Assembly: GCA_039190745.1 (NCBI GenBank) | Contig: JBCCXZ010000030.1 | Span: 1 to 43,246 of the forward strand | Length of the DNA stretch: 43,246 nucleotides | Source: Planctomycetota bacterium | GTDB lineage: Bacteria; Planctomycetota; Planctomycetia; Pirellulales; Lacipirellulaceae | Direction of reading: 5' to 3' | In this document: positions 1 through 10,452 of the stretch, in pieces | Numbering within the stretch: the first letter of the stretch is position 1 | Layout of the letters: each line of letters starts with the position of its first letter | Position numbers and translations under genes: made by a program | Notes under the pieces: model-generated | Told to the model about the DNA's origin: nothing | The model's database searches: none | What the model saw: only the letters and a program-made list of their open reading frames with translations

Positions 1-958
1 CGATCGACAGGATCTCGCCGCGGGCGCCCGGCTCCATCATGTAGACGGCCGGGTACTTCATGGTGAGCTGGCTGCCGAGGTTGCCGTCGATCCACTCCAT
101 GAGGGCGTCCTGGTATGCCATCGCACGCTTGGTGACCAGGTTGTAGATGTTGTTGGCCCAGTTCTGGATGGTGGTGTAGCGGCAGCGGCCTTCCTTCTTG
201 ACCACGATCTCGACCACGGCCGAGTGCAGGCTTTCCGAGGAGTACATCGGGGCGGTGCAGCCCTCGACGTAGTGCACCGAAGCGCCCTCGTCGACAATGA
301 TGAGGGTCCGCTCGAACTGGCCCATCCGTTCGGCGTTGATGCGGAAGTAGGCCTGGAGCGGGAACTCGATGTGCACGCCGGGCGGGACGTAGATGAACGA
401 GCCGCCGGACCAGACGGCCGAGTTGAGGGCGGCGAACTTATTGTCGCTCGACGGGATGATGGTGCCGAAGTACTCGCGGACGAGGTCGCTGTGTTCGCGG
501 ACGGCGGTGTCGGTGTCGGTGAAGATAACGCCCTTCTTAGCGAGGTCTTCCTGGAGCGAGCCGTAGACCACCTCGCTCTCGAACTGTGCCTTCACCCCGG
601 CGAGGAACTTCTTCTCGGCCTCTGGTATGCCGAGCTTGTCGAAGGTTTCTTTGATCTCGTCGGGGACGTCGTCCCAGCTCTTGCCCTGGTCGTTGGTGGG
701 CTTGAGGTAGTAGTAGATGTCCTGGAAGTCGATGCCGATGTCGCCGCCCCAATTGGGCATGGGCTTCGACTCGAAGATCTCGAGGGCTTCGAGGCGGAAT
801 TCCCGCATCCACTGCGGCTCGTTCTTCATCTCGGAGATCTGCGAGACGATCTCTGCGTCGATGCCCTTGCGGGCGCGGAAGACGCCTTCGGTCTCGGTGA
901 CGAAGTCGTACTTGTTGATTTCGCCGATGGCGGGATCGGGGGCAACGTCGGTCGACAT
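1..958 (-). CDS. sufB: Fe-S cluster assembly scaffold SufB (3' part runs off the window)
   Basis: Missing from the ORF track because no stop lies in the window. Manual translation from ATG at 958: [19 protein letters not shown]...[39 protein letters not shown]...[18 protein letters not shown]...GQFERTLII...HYVEGCTAP...[15 protein letters not shown]. Hallmark SufB motifs, directly downstream of sufC. Confidence 0.97.
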   Translation of the reverse strand, partial: MSTDVAPDPAIGEINKYDFVTETEGVFRARKGIDAEIVSQISEMKNEPQWMREFRLEALEIFESKPMPNWGGDIGIDFQDIYYYLKPTNDQGKSWDDVPDEIKETFDKLGIPEAEKKFLAGVKAQFESEVVYGSLQEDLAKKGVIFTDTDTAVREHSDLVREYFGTIIPSSDNKFAALNSAVWSGGSFIYVPPGVHIEFPLQAYFRINAERMGQFERTLIIVDEGASVHYVEGCTAPMYSSESLHSAVVEIVVKKEGRCRYTTIQNWANNIYNLVTKRAMAYQDALMEWIDGNLGSQLTMKYPAVYMMEPGARGEILSI

Positions 959-1006
959 GGCAATACCTGCGATGGCTATGGTGCAGCCGCCGCGGGAGCG
1001 GGCTGC

Positions 1007-1036
1007 GGTTTCAGGTGAAGGGGTTTCAGGTGAAGG
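1007..1036. repeat. Perfect 15-bp tandem duplication (GGTTTCAGGTGAAGG x2) in the sufC-sufB spacer
   Basis: Read directly at 1007-1021 and 1022-1036; adjacent GC hairpin GCAGCC...GGCTGC at 983-1006. Confidence 0.85.
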
Positions 1037-1037
1037 G

Positions 1038-1871
1038 TTAGACGGTCGCCGCTTCGGACTCGGTCATCTCTTGCTCGACCGCTGCGGCCTGCGGGTAGCT
1101 GGCGCGGATACGGTCGTAGCCCTCGGTGTAGAGTTCTTTGGCGAGCTCGACGCCGCCGGTCTCGACGATCTTGCCGCCTAGCATCACGTGGGTGTAGTCG
1201 GGCGTGTTGTGGTCGAGCAGCTTGTCGTGGTGGGTGATGATCAGGATGCCCATCTCGCCGTCGCCGTCGGCGTCTTTACCGATCTGGGCGATGCTCTGGC
1301 TGGCTAGTTTCACGGCGTCGACGTCGAGGCCGCTGTCGGTCTCGTCGAGGATGGCGAACTTGGGCCGGAGCATGGCCATCTGGAGGATCTCGGCCCGCTT
1401 CATCTCGCCGCCGGAGAAGCCATCGTTGACGTAGCGGCGGGCGAACTCGGTGTCCATGCGGAGGTGTTCCATCTTCTCGGTCAGCTCTTTGCGGAACTGA
1501 CGCATGGGGATGAGTTCTTCGCCCTCTTTGCGGTCCGGGTTGCGGACGTTGGTGGTGGCGTGGCGGAGGAAGTCGGCCATCTTGACGCCGGGGATCGCCA
1601 TCGGACGCTGGAAGGCCATGAAGATGCCCGCACGGGCTCGTTCAGAGGCGTCGAGCTCTAGTACGTCTTCACCGCCCAGCAGGATCTTGCCGCCGGTGAC
1701 CTCGTAGCCGGGGTGGCCCATGATGGCGTTGCCGAGCGTGCTCTTGCCTGAGCCGTTGGGGCCCATCAGTGCGTGGGTCTCACCGCGGTTGATAGTGAGG
1801 CTGGCGCCACGGAGGATGGGCTTGCCTTCAACGGCGACGTGGAGGTCTTGGATAACGAGCGATTCGGCCAT
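1038..1871 (-). CDS. sufC: Fe-S cluster assembly ABC ATPase SufC
   Basis: Walker [29 protein letters not shown] signature, Walker [18 protein letters not shown]; adjacent to sufB. Confidence 0.97.
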   Translation of the reverse strand: MAESLVIQDLHVAVEGKPILRGASLTINRGETHALMGPNGSGKSTLGNAIMGHPGYEVTGGKILLGGEDVLELDASERARAGIFMAFQRPMAIPGVKMADFLRHATTNVRNPDRKEGEELIPMRQFRKELTEKMEHLRMDTEFARRYVNDGFSGGEMKRAEILQMAMLRPKFAILDETDSGLDVDAVKLASQSIAQIGKDADGDGEMGILIITHHDKLLDHNTPDYTHVMLGGKIVETGGVELAKELYTEGYDRIRASYPQAAAVEQEMTESEAATV

Positions 1872-1962
1872 GGTCTTCTGCGGGTCTCGCGTAGCTTCTG
1901 CCGGAGCGGCTGACGCAACTGCGGCTGGGTTAAGGTGGGACCGGCCCCACGAAACGTGATGG

Positions 1963-2583
1963 TTAGCCGGTAATCTTCTGGTGGTCGTGTAGCGGGGATC
2001 CGTCAGCCGGGGCTGTGACGTAGCCGGAGTGGTGCGGCACGGGGAGCTCGTCTTCGGTCTTCACGCCGGCGACGCCGAAGCCGGAGCTGCCGGAGCGCTT
2101 GGCAATCTTGTGGCCCTTGATCTTGTCTTGAATCCGCATGAGTCCTTCGAGCAGCGACTCGGGCCGCGGGGGGCAGCCGGGGACGTAGACGTCGACGGGC
2201 ACGACGAGGTCGACGCCCTTGACGACGTGGTAGCCGTACTTGAAGTAAGGCCCGCCGCCGACGGTGCACGCGCCCATGGCGATGACGAACTTGGGGTCGG
2301 GCATCATGTTGTAGAGGCGCCGGACGCGGCTTCCCATTTTGTAGGTGACGGTGCCGGCGACGATCATCAGGTCGGCCTGTCGCGGCGTCGCACGGAACGC
2401 TCCGGCGCCGAAGCGGTCGAGGTCGTAGCGGCTGGCGCCGGCGGCCATCATCTCGATAGCACAGCATGCCAGGCCGAAGGTGAGCGGCCAGATGCTGGAT
2501 TCGCGGGCCCAGTTAATGGCCTGCTCAACGGTGGTTGTGATGACGTTCTCTTCGAAACGTCCTTCGATCCATGGCTGCGACAT
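1963..2583 (-). CDS. nuoB: NADH-quinone oxidoreductase subunit B (NuoB/PSST family, [4Fe-4S])
   Basis: [55 protein letters not shown]; all N2-cluster cysteines present. Confidence 0.92.
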   Translation of the reverse strand: MSQPWIEGRFEENVITTTVEQAINWARESSIWPLTFGLACCAIEMMAAGASRYDLDRFGAGAFRATPRQADLMIVAGTVTYKMGSRVRRLYNMMPDPKFVIAMGACTVGGGPYFKYGYHVVKGVDLVVPVDVYVPGCPPRPESLLEGLMRIQDKIKGHKIAKRSGSSGFGVAGVKTEDELPVPHHSGYVTAPADGSPLHDHQKITG

Positions 2584-2730
2584 TGCCGTCTGCGATCTCC
2601 GTTTGAATGCTCTTCCGGCTTGGGACTACTCCCGGCCGAGAGGTTGGGCGGTTCGTCTCAAACCCTTAACCACAACCGCTTTCCAGGGGCTAGCGTAACA
2701 CCGGCAAACACCGGCAGCTAGGCCCAGGGG

Positions 2731-3501
2731 CTAGGTGTGGGTGTGGCCGTTGAGGCCCGCCTTGGTGACTCCGTTGTGGTTGACTTTTCCGTTGGCGGTC
2801 GCGCCGTTCGATTGTGCCGGATCGGCATCCTTCCTGTTCGCCGGGACCGTATCGTTCAGCTCAGTAGTGACGGGGACAAAGTTGCAGCACTCGCCGCCCT
2901 GGAGCCGGCACTCGTCCAGCTTCAGTGGGACGCCGACCATCTCTGACAACAGCATCTTCTCCATATCGCAGACGGCGGGGTCGTGCTCGGCGATGTCTGG
3001 GTAGGGGCAAGCGAGCGCCTTGACCGAGGGCACGCCTTCGCCGTCTTCGGGGAGCTTGACCTCAAAGGGCACCTTGCGGGCAGCCATCAGCTCGACCGCT
3101 GACCGCATCCGCTCCAGGACGTCTTCGCCGTCGATATCCGGCCCGTAGTTGGCGGCTAGCCGCTCGGCGATGCGTTTGGCGAGGCCCTGCCGGGTTTCCG
3201 GGTCGGCGACCGAACGCAGCTCTTCCCAGAGGACCGCGGCGAGGTCTGGGTAGTTGCTTCCGCTTGCCCGGATGCCCTTGGCCGAGAGGCGGTAGCTGTG
3301 TCTGGGGCGGCCGCGGCCGGTGCGGACGGTCTCCCGGATTACCAGCCCCTTGGCCATCAGGCGGCCCAGGCGCTGGCGGACCGCGGTGGCGGTAACCCCG
3401 GCGAACTCGACGAGCTCGTTGATGGAAGCGGACTTTCGTTTCCGCATGAAATCCAGCAAAGAGTCGTCGTCGAAGCGATCGGTCGTTTCTTCGGCAAACA
3501 T
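2731..3501 (-). CDS. SufR-like Fe-S-sensing HTH transcriptional regulator
   Basis: N-terminal wHTH (SINELVEFAGVTATAVRQRLGRL...GRGRPRHSYRLS) and C-terminal CPY-x10-C-x2-E...C...CC; first gene of the suf operon. Start set at ATG 3501; the ORF-track start at 3609 lies in AT-rich promoter-like DNA. Confidence 0.8.
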   Translation of the reverse strand: MFAEETTDRFDDDSLLDFMRKRKSASINELVEFAGVTATAVRQRLGRLMAKGLVIRETVRTGRGRPRHSYRLSAKGIRASGSNYPDLAAVLWEELRSVADPETRQGLAKRIAERLAANYGPDIDGEDVLERMRSAVELMAARKVPFEVKLPEDGEGVPSVKALACPYPDIAEHDPAVCDMEKMLLSEMVGVPLKLDECRLQGGECCNFVPVTTELNDTVPANRKDADPAQSNGATANGKVNHNGVTKAGLNGHTHT

Positions 3502-3552
3502 GTCAGACGCTGGCGATAACTGGTGATTCTGGCGGGATTTAGTTCCGCTGTA

Positions 3553-3610
3553 TGACAACAATATCGGCTCGGATCTTTTTGACAAGTGACAGTTTAAAAA
3601 AGTTTTCAAA
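3553..3610 (-). promoter_or_regulatory. Putative sigma70-type promoter/operator of the suf operon
   Basis: Minus strand TTGTCA (3585-3580), 16-nt spacer, TATTGT (3563-3558); three TGACA(A/G) direct repeats at 3553, 3580 and 3587 in an AT-rich divergent spacer. Confidence 0.35.
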
Positions 3611-3765
3611 GTTTATCGCTGCAGCTAGTGGTGATAGCTATAAGCGATTGCAGTGGAAAGGGTTATCCACTAGAAACCAGTGCCACCAGGGGGGGGCGGC
3701 TGCCCAGGATTTTGCAATCTGGTAAGGACCGAGTCGGTCTGAGCCTGACTTGGTAGGAAGACTCT

Positions 3766-5616
3766 ATGCCCGAAGACCCCAGCTCCCGTGGACCCCGCAG
3801 TCAATCAGGCCAGGCTCAATCTGGTCAGGGCTCCGAACAGTGGGCCTCACGGATCGGGGTGATCCTGGCGGTTGCGGGCTCGGCGGTGGGGTTGGGGAAC
3901 TTTCTGCGATTCCCCGGCAATGCCGCGCAGAATGGCGGCGGTGCGTTTTTGCTCCCCTACTTCATTTCGTTGTTGGTGCTAGGGATCCCGCTGTGCTGGG
4001 TCGAGTGGACCATGGGGCGATACGGCGGGACGCGTGGGTTCAACTCCGCGCCTGGAGTGTTCAGTGTGATATGGCGCAATCCCCTGTCGAAGTACTTCGG
4101 CGGGATCGCTTTGCTCATACCGCTAGCGATCTACATGTACTACGTGTTGATTGAGGCTTGGTGCCTGGGGTACGCGATTAACTACCTGAATGGCGGCTTG
4201 ATGCTCGGGCCCGACTCCCAAGCTTATGACGGCTTCTTCGCGAAGTTCGTCGGGGTTGAAGAGGACGGAGCGTTGCTCTCGCCTGAGATGAGGCCCTGGC
4301 TCTTGGTGCTTATGGGGACATTCGCACTCAACTTCGCATTGATCTACCGCGGCGTCAGCAAGGGTATTGAGGTTTTCTGCAAGATCGCGATGCCGATCAT
4401 GATCGCCCTGGCCTTGATCGTTCTGGTGCGCGTCTTGACGCTGGGAACCCCGAACCCAGACATGCCGGACCGGTCCGTGACCGGCGGGCTCGGCTACATG
4501 TGGAATCCGGACTTCGGCAAGCTGACCGACCCGCAGACTTGGCTGGCCGCATCGGGGCAAATTTTCTTCAGCCTCTCGGTCGGTTTTGGGATCATCATCA
4601 ACTACGCAAGCTACCTCAAGAAGAATGACGACGTAGTGCTGAGCGGCCTTACCAGCAGCAGCATGAACGAGTTCTTCGAGGTGTGCCTCGGGGGACTCAT
4701 CACCATCCCGGCGGCCTTTATCTTTATGGGTGCGCTCGACCCGGGCACGCTCGATTCTTCGTTTGCTTTGGGGTTCCGCGCTTTGCCGAACGTGTTTGCT
4801 TCGATGTGGGGCGGCCAGGTATTCGGTTTCTTGTGGTTCTTCATGCTGTTTGTCGCTGCGATCACGAGCAGCGTGTCGATGCTGCAGCCAGTGATCGCAT
4901 TCTTCGAGGAAGGCCTCGGCCTGAAGCGGCACGCTTCGGCGAGCATCCTGGGGCTGATCTCCGCGATGGGGTGCGGGTTCGTCCTCTACTTCTCGGGCGG
5001 TCTGATCGCGTTGGACACGATCGATTTTTGGATCGGCAATGTAATGATCTTCATGCTCGCGACAATCCAGGCGATCCTCTACGGTTGGGTGTTTGGCATT
5101 CATCGCGGGCACGAGGAAGCACACAAGGGCGCGCACATCCGCATCCCGTGGTTCGTGCAGTTGATGCTGAAGTACGTAGTGCCGGTTTACTTGCTGGTGA
5201 TCTTCACCACGTTCTGTGTTCAGAAACTGCCGAGCAAGGACACGGAGTTGTTTCCGCTGCCGGCGGGCGCCGTGCAGGAAGAGGCGGGGCCTTTGTCTGC
5301 CGCCCTAGAAGCTGCGTTCTCCGAGCACGAAATCGAATCGGCTGGTCTGAGTGTCGAATCGCACCAGGCCGGTGCTTTCGATATCGTGAACGACGAGGGC
5401 GTGCTCGTTTATCGCGTGAAATCGACCGACGACGTCGGGGCAGTGCTTCTAGAGCACAGCGCCGGCTATGTGGAAGCGATCGGCAACAGCCGTTCGGCCA
5501 TGGCGTCGGTGTTGCTGATGACGACTGTCTTGGTCTTCCTGATGATCCTGATCCACATCGCCGGTAAGCGTTGGAAGGCGGAAGGCCGTTACGACGAGCC
5601 GCAGGCCGTCAGTTAG
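3766..5616 (+). CDS. Sodium-dependent transporter, NSS/SNF family (LeuT/TnaT-like)
   Basis: [65 protein letters not shown]; about 12 hydrophobic segments. Confidence 0.95.
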   Translation: MPEDPSSRGPRSQSGQAQSGQGSEQWASRIGVILAVAGSAVGLGNFLRFPGNAAQNGGGAFLLPYFISLLVLGIPLCWVEWTMGRYGGTRGFNSAPGVFSVIWRNPLSKYFGGIALLIPLAIYMYYVLIEAWCLGYAINYLNGGLMLGPDSQAYDGFFAKFVGVEEDGALLSPEMRPWLLVLMGTFALNFALIYRGVSKGIEVFCKIAMPIMIALALIVLVRVLTLGTPNPDMPDRSVTGGLGYMWNPDFGKLTDPQTWLAASGQIFFSLSVGFGIIINYASYLKKNDDVVLSGLTSSSMNEFFEVCLGGLITIPAAFIFMGALDPGTLDSSFALGFRALPNVFASMWGGQVFGFLWFFMLFVAAITSSVSMLQPVIAFFEEGLGLKRHASASILGLISAMGCGFVLYFSGGLIALDTIDFWIGNVMIFMLATIQAILYGWVFGIHRGHEEAHKGAHIRIPWFVQLMLKYVVPVYLLVIFTTFCVQKLPSKDTELFPLPAGAVQEEAGPLSAALEAAFSEHEIESAGLSVESHQAGAFDIVNDEGVLVYRVKSTDDVGAVLLEHSAGYVEAIGNSRSAMASVLLMTTVLVFLMILIHIAGKRWKAEGRYDEPQAVS

Positions 5617-5629
5617 AAAGGAGCTCGCC

Positions 5630-5791
5630 GTGGAACCCGCTGGATGGGTCGTAATGCTGCTATCGGTAGGCTCGGTGCTGAGCTTGCTGAGTTTCTGCCT
5701 CTACCGCGTGCTGAGCCTGCCGCCGGTTGAGGAGGAGCACCTCCACGGGGAGCTGAACATCGACACGGGCGATACGGTCGACGCGGATTAG
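5630..5791 (+). CDS. 53-aa single-TM protein, probable NSS transporter small subunit (MetS-like)
   Basis: Below the ORF-track cutoff. AAGGAG RBS at 5618-5623, GTG start 13 nt after the transporter stop; MEPAGWVVMLLSVGSVLSLLSFCLYRVLSLPPVEEEHLHGELNIDTGDTVDAD*. Confidence 0.75.
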   Translation: MEPAGWVVMLLSVGSVLSLLSFCLYRVLSLPPVEEEHLHGELNIDTGDTVDAD

Positions 5792-5814
5792 TTGGCTTCT
5801 CTATCCGCTCTCAA

Positions 5815-5842
5815 GGCCCGGTGTCGGGGCGTTTCTTTTTTT
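5815..5842 (+). terminator. Probable intrinsic terminator after the NSS operon
   Basis: GCCCG-GTGT-CGGGGC short stem-loop followed by TTTCTTTTTTT. Confidence 0.5.
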
Positions 5843-5961
5843 CAACAGCCGAACGGTGTCGCCAAGCCGGTCGTTGCAGAGTCGCACCCGCTTCCCTCGG
5901 TTTGCGGCGGGGCCGGGCTGTGCGGTCGTTCAGAGTGGTGCATGACCTATCTTTTAGTTGA

Positions 5962-6846
5962 TTGGTCCCCGTCGCTGAGTGCGTCAGCGCTGAGTGTGTA
6001 AGCTTGGCGGCGGTCAGGGGACATGAGATCATCCGCGTGAGGACGGTCATGCACACCCGGGAAACTGCGTCTGCGGCCAACGCGCCGAAAGCGGTGCTGG
6101 AAGACACTCCCACGACGCTCCAGTACAAAGAGTTCGGTGCCGCCGCAATCGGGGGGTGCCTTGCGGCGCTGCTTTGCCGTATGGGGAACGGCGACCCATG
6201 GTATTACGCCCTCGCCGGTGCTGTGGCGATAGCCGGGATCGTCGGCGCCTTCGCGGTCCACTATGCATTCGGCGGTCATGCGACGTTGGAGCATTTTGTA
6301 GACCGTCTTGTGCTGACCGAAAAAGGGGAAACGAGGGTCATCCCGCTTGACCAACTCAAAGGCTTCTCAACTTCGTGGAGCGATGTCTACGTCAACGGCT
6401 CCTATACGTTGAGCAGGGTCAAGTTCTTCTTTAAAGTCGCGGGGTCGTCTCGGATCCACCAATACGATTCCTCGGGAAGCCGGGGCACGCCGAAATACGA
6501 TGAGTTGCGGGCGCTGGAATCCGCTGTGAGCGAGGTTGTCGCCCGTCGTATGCGGGAGGATCTGCTAGCGAAAGGGTCGGCCCCGTGGACGGCGCAGCTC
6601 AAGATCACCACCGCGGGGATCGAGTACCAGGAGGACGGGGCCGCCGAGACGGAGCGGATACCGTTCCATGAATTGGGCGATTGGGGAGTCGCCGACGGGG
6701 TTTTCAAACTTTCGCCGGGAGATTGGAGGACTTTGGTGACCGAGCCGATCAGCCAAACAAACTTCTTGCCTGGCCTGACTCTGTTTGCCCAGCTCCACGC
6801 GGAGTTTGGAGACCGCAGGGAGTTCGTTGAGGCTGCTCAGTCGTGA
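5962..6846 (+). CDS. Hypothetical membrane protein (two N-terminal TMs plus soluble domain); start uncertain, possibly ATG 6049
   Basis: Long ORF with natural composition and two hydrophobic helices; converges on the malic enzyme gene with a 10-nt overlap. Confidence 0.65.
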   Translation: MVPVAECVSAECVSLAAVRGHEIIRVRTVMHTRETASAANAPKAVLEDTPTTLQYKEFGAAAIGGCLAALLCRMGNGDPWYYALAGAVAIAGIVGAFAVHYAFGGHATLEHFVDRLVLTEKGETRVIPLDQLKGFSTSWSDVYVNGSYTLSRVKFFFKVAGSSRIHQYDSSGSRGTPKYDELRALESAVSEVVARRMREDLLAKGSAPWTAQLKITTAGIEYQEDGAAETERIPFHELGDWGVADGVFKLSPGDWRTLVTEPISQTNFLPGLTLFAQLHAEFGDRREFVEAAQS

Positions 6847-8003
6847 GCGCAGCGGACCGCGGTCGCGACGCGCGGGGCGACGGTCATGTCCAGCGGGTCG
6901 GGGAGCACCGCGTCGGCGGTCGGCTGCTCGACGCACGCGGCTAGGGCTTTGGCGGCGGCGATTTTCATTTCCTCGGTGATCTGCGCTGCGCCGCAGTCGA
7001 GCGCCCCGCGGAACAGGCCGGGGAAGGCGAGGACGTTGTTCACCTGGTTGGGGAAGTCGCTCCGGCCGGTGCCGACGACGGCCGCTCCGCCGCGTCGGGC
7101 CTCGTCGGGCATGATCTCCGGGGTGGGGTTGGCCATCGCGAGGATCACCGGGTTGGGCGCCATGGTGCGGACGTCTTCGGCGGTAAGGAGGTTGCCCTTG
7201 CTGACGCCGATGAACACGTCTTGGCCCGCGAGGACCTCTTTGAGCGTGCCCGAACGGTTCTGGCGGTTGGTGTAGGCGAGGAGCTCTTGCTTTTGGGGCG
7301 AGAGGTCGGTGCGGTCGCGGGAGACGGCGCCCTTGGAGTCGCAGACGACGATGTCTTCGACGGGGACGCAGACGTTGGGGTCGTGCCCGACGCAGCGAAG
7401 CAGTCTGGCGATGGCCGTGCCGGCGGCTCCTGCTCCGTTGACGACCACCTTCAGGTCGGTCAGCTCTTTGCCCATGAGCTTGGCCGCGTTGAGCATCGCG
7501 GCCAGCAGCACGATCGCGGTGCCGTGCTGATCGTCGTGGAAGACGGGGATGCCGAGGTCTTGCAGTCGCCGCTCGACCTCGAAACAGCGGGGGGCGGAGA
7601 TGTCTTCGAGGTTGACGCCGCCGAACACGGGGGCGATGCGGCGGACGGTCTCGACGATCTCGTCGGTGTCCTGTGTGTCGATGCAGAGGGGCCAGGCGTC
7701 GATGTCGGCGAACTTCTTGAAGAGCAGTGCCTTGCCCTCCATCACGGGGATGGCGGCGTGGGGGCCGATGTTGCCGAGGCCCAGGACCGCCGAGCCGTCG
7801 CTGACGACCGCCACGGTGTTGCGTTTGATGGTGAGATCGCGGGCCTTTGCCGGGTCTTGGCTGATGACCTCGCAGGGCTTGGCGACGCCCGGCGTGTAGG
7901 CCACGGAGAGGTCGTCGCGGGATTCGACGGGGAGCTTACCGTGGATGGCGATCTTGCCGCGCAGTTTCTCGTGCAGGATCAGGCTGGTTTGGTCGAAGTC
8001 CAT
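6837..8003 (-). CDS. NAD(P)-dependent malic enzyme (short form, no PTA domain)
   Basis: DLSVAYTPGVA, VAVVSDGSAVLGLGNIG, VMEGKALLFK, NLEDISAPRCF, PVFHDDQHGTA, NGAGAAG, TGRSDFPNQVNN. Start set at MDFDQ (8003). Confidence 0.95.
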   Translation of the reverse strand: MDFDQTSLILHEKLRGKIAIHGKLPVESRDDLSVAYTPGVAKPCEVISQDPAKARDLTIKRNTVAVVSDGSAVLGLGNIGPHAAIPVMEGKALLFKKFADIDAWPLCIDTQDTDEIVETVRRIAPVFGGVNLEDISAPRCFEVERRLQDLGIPVFHDDQHGTAIVLLAAMLNAAKLMGKELTDLKVVVNGAGAAGTAIARLLRCVGHDPNVCVPVEDIVVCDSKGAVSRDRTDLSPQKQELLAYTNRQNRSGTLKEVLAGQDVFIGVSKGNLLTAEDVRTMAPNPVILAMANPTPEIMPDEARRGGAAVVGTGRSDFPNQVNNVLAFPGLFRGALDCGAAQITEEMKIAAAKALAACVEQPTADAVLPDPLDMTVAPRVATAVRCAHD

Positions 8004-8049
8004 CGGAATCCCTTCGGAAGAACGGCGGACCTGCTGGCCTGGGAGGGGG

Positions 8050-9114
8050 TCAAGCGGGGAAGTGTTGCTCGACGACGCCGTAAAACTCGGCGGGCGTTTC
8101 GATCTTGGCAACGTGCTTGCGGAAGTCGCGGGCGCCGCGGCGGCCCTGGGCGTAGCAGCAGGCGTACTTACGCATCAGGACCGTGCCTTTGCGGTCGCCA
8201 AAGCGTTCGACGACCATCTCGTAATGCCTCAGCAGCAGGGTGCGTTGCTCGGCAGGCGTGGGGTCGGGCGGAATATGCTCGCCGCGGACGGCGGCAGCGG
8301 CTTGCTGGTAGAGCCAGGGCTTGTTGAGCGCGGCGCGGGCGATCATCACGCCGTCGACGTCGTAGCGGCGGAAGGCGTCGACGACCTTCTGGGCCGAGTC
8401 GAGGTCGCCGTTGCCGATCAGCGGGATTCTCTGAAGGTACGGCTTGATCTCGCTGATGCGGTCCCAGTCGGCGGAGCCGCGGAACATGTCGGCGGCGGTG
8501 CGTCCGTGGACGGTGAGCGCCGCGGCTCCGGCGCCTTCGACGACCTGGGCTACGTCGATCGCGTTCATCTGGTCGCGGGTGCAGCCGAGGCGGATCTTGG
8601 CGGTGACCGGCGTCGGGGCGCACGCTTGGACGACCGCCTCGATGATCGCCCCCATGCGGTTGGGGTGCTTGAGCAGGTAGGAGCCGCTGTGGGCCTTCTC
8701 GGTGACCTGCTTTACGGGGCAGCCGAAGTTGATGTCGACGACGCTCACTTGGTACTCGGTCGCCAGGCGAGCGCCGACCTTGGCGAGCGTGGGCGGGTCG
8801 TTGTCCCAGATCTGCACGGCCAGAGGGCGCGGTTCTTCGGCGACGCCCCACAGGCGATCAGGGTGCTCGGCTTCTTGCTCGTCAAGCCAGACGAATCCGC
8901 GGGCGTTGACCATCTCGGTGGCGAGCAGGCCGGCTCCGCCGTAGCCGCGGACGATCTGGCGGAAGACCGAGTTTGTGAACCCGGCCATGGGGGCCTGGAG
9001 GATGGGCGGGTCGACGAGCAGCGGGCCTATGTGGAAAGGCTGCGCAACCGGCTCGGGCGGACCTGTGTCCTGGGCCGGGGCGGCGGGGCTCAGCGACGCA
9101 GTCATGGGAGGCAA
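8050..9114 (-). CDS. dusB: tRNA-dihydrouridine synthase (DusB-like)
   Basis: LQAPMAGFT, DINFGCP, VTAKIRLG, LTVHGRT, LIGNGD, DGVMIARA. Confidence 0.92.
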   Translation of the reverse strand: MPPMTASLSPAAPAQDTGPPEPVAQPFHIGPLLVDPPILQAPMAGFTNSVFRQIVRGYGGAGLLATEMVNARGFVWLDEQEAEHPDRLWGVAEEPRPLAVQIWDNDPPTLAKVGARLATEYQVSVVDINFGCPVKQVTEKAHSGSYLLKHPNRMGAIIEAVVQACAPTPVTAKIRLGCTRDQMNAIDVAQVVEGAGAAALTVHGRTAADMFRGSADWDRISEIKPYLQRIPLIGNGDLDSAQKVVDAFRRYDVDGVMIARAALNKPWLYQQAAAAVRGEHIPPDPTPAEQRTLLLRHYEMVVERFGDRKGTVLMRKYACCYAQGRRGARDFRKHVAKIETPAEFYGVVEQHFPA

Positions 9115-9140
9115 CCGTCTGCGGATTCCGTCGGTGGGGC

Positions 9141-10452
9141 TTATTTTGCCGAGTCGATCTCAGGGCGGCGGAGTATCGAGCGTTCCTGGCCGGGGGCGGA
9201 TTGCTGTGCGGTAGCGCCGGAACCAGACCAGCCGTTCTCGGCGGCGAAGGTTTTGCTGGGCGTTTGGCCGAGCGGGGCTTCGGCGCTGGCCCTTTGGACG
9301 CGGTCTCCGCCTGCGCCAGCGAGGCCCGTGGGCGCGGCGGGGTCGCGGATGAGCATGGCCACTAGCCGTTCAGCGCCGACCGTGCCGGGCGCGGCGAGCT
9401 CGGCGTAGCGGGCGATCTCGACGTTGTAGTCATGCACCGAAGCGAGGAACGCCCGCCGCTGGAGCACGAGCAGTTGGTGGGCCTTGAGCAGCCCTAGGCC
9501 GTCGGTGTCTTGGCTGCGGGCGCGGCTGACGAAGCCGAGCCACTCTTGGGCTTCGCGGACCGATCGGGCGTCGGCCTGCAGGCGGGCGTAGCGTTGGGGC
9601 AGCAGCCCGGCGAGGGCTCGGGCTTGGTCGGGGGCGCTGGCCGGGGTAAAGATCTCGTCGAAGCGGGTGTCGTAGGAGCCGGTGTGCGGTGCGTCTTCGG
9701 GCAGGAGGGCCGACGGCGAGACGCTGGGGTCGTTGTCGCCGATGAGTGAAGCGAGCCGCTGCTGTGCCGCGATCGCGGAGAGCCGGGCTGCCGTGAGTCG
9801 GCTCGCCATGGCGTCGGCCTGGGCGGACCAGCCGGGGCCTGGTCGGGAGACGCTTGCACGGAGCACATCGAGGTCGCGCTTCTCACGCAGCGTGAGGTAG
9901 TAGTCGGCCACCGCGGCGGCGAGGTCCCAGTAGGCCTCGATGCTCTCGGTGCTGGTTTTGCGCGAGAGCCGGCTGCTGAGGATTTGGGTGAGCGTGACGG
10001 GTTGCCCTGAGAGGGTGTCGCCCGAGGGGCGCTTGAGCATGGAACGCACCAGGTCGTTAGCTCTTGCTTTGAGCGGTTGGGCCGGAGCAGAGTAGGGCGA
10101 CCGAGAGGGGGTCGTGTTCTGGGGGGAAGTCGTCGAGGGAGCTGTCGTCGGGGGGGCCGTTGGGTACACGGTCGAGCCAACGCCCGAAGGCGGCGTATTG
10201 TTTGGAGTGGCCGCTTGGCCGTTGAAGCCCTGCCGGGCCTCGTCTTCCGATGCCGATGGGGCTTGCTCTTGGGAAGCGGGGTCGATCTGGCTCCTGGCGG
10301 GGCCGAAGAGTTGGGCGGCGGTGGTATCGCCGGGTGTGTCGTACCGTCCTCCGCCTGTCTGCTGGGCGTGCAACGCCGGTGCAGACGCAGAGAGCATTGC
10401 AGCGGCAGCGAAACCGAGCGAGAACTGGCGGGCAGTGGAACGGGGGGCTCAT
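9141..10452 (-). CDS. Secreted helical hypothetical protein (possibly TolC/OEP-like helices) with an apparent one-base frameshift near its start
   Basis: Main ORF 9141-10397. GGAGG RBS (10461-10465) and ATG 10452 are one base out of frame; removing one base from the G6 run at 10442-10447 gives MSPRSTARQFSLGFAAAAMLSASAPALHA-QQ, a typical signal peptide. Confidence 0.6.

Noticed and set aside
224..1018. 264-aa plus-strand ORF
   Set aside because: Antisense shadow of sufB, typical of high-GC DNA.
5974..6003. Imperfect 15-bp tandem repeat (AECVS x2)
   Set aside because: Two copies only, probably upstream of the real start codon; no evident function.
7221..9408. Long plus-strand ORFs (368 aa and 487 aa)
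   Set aside because: Antisense to malic enzyme and dusB; no motifs.
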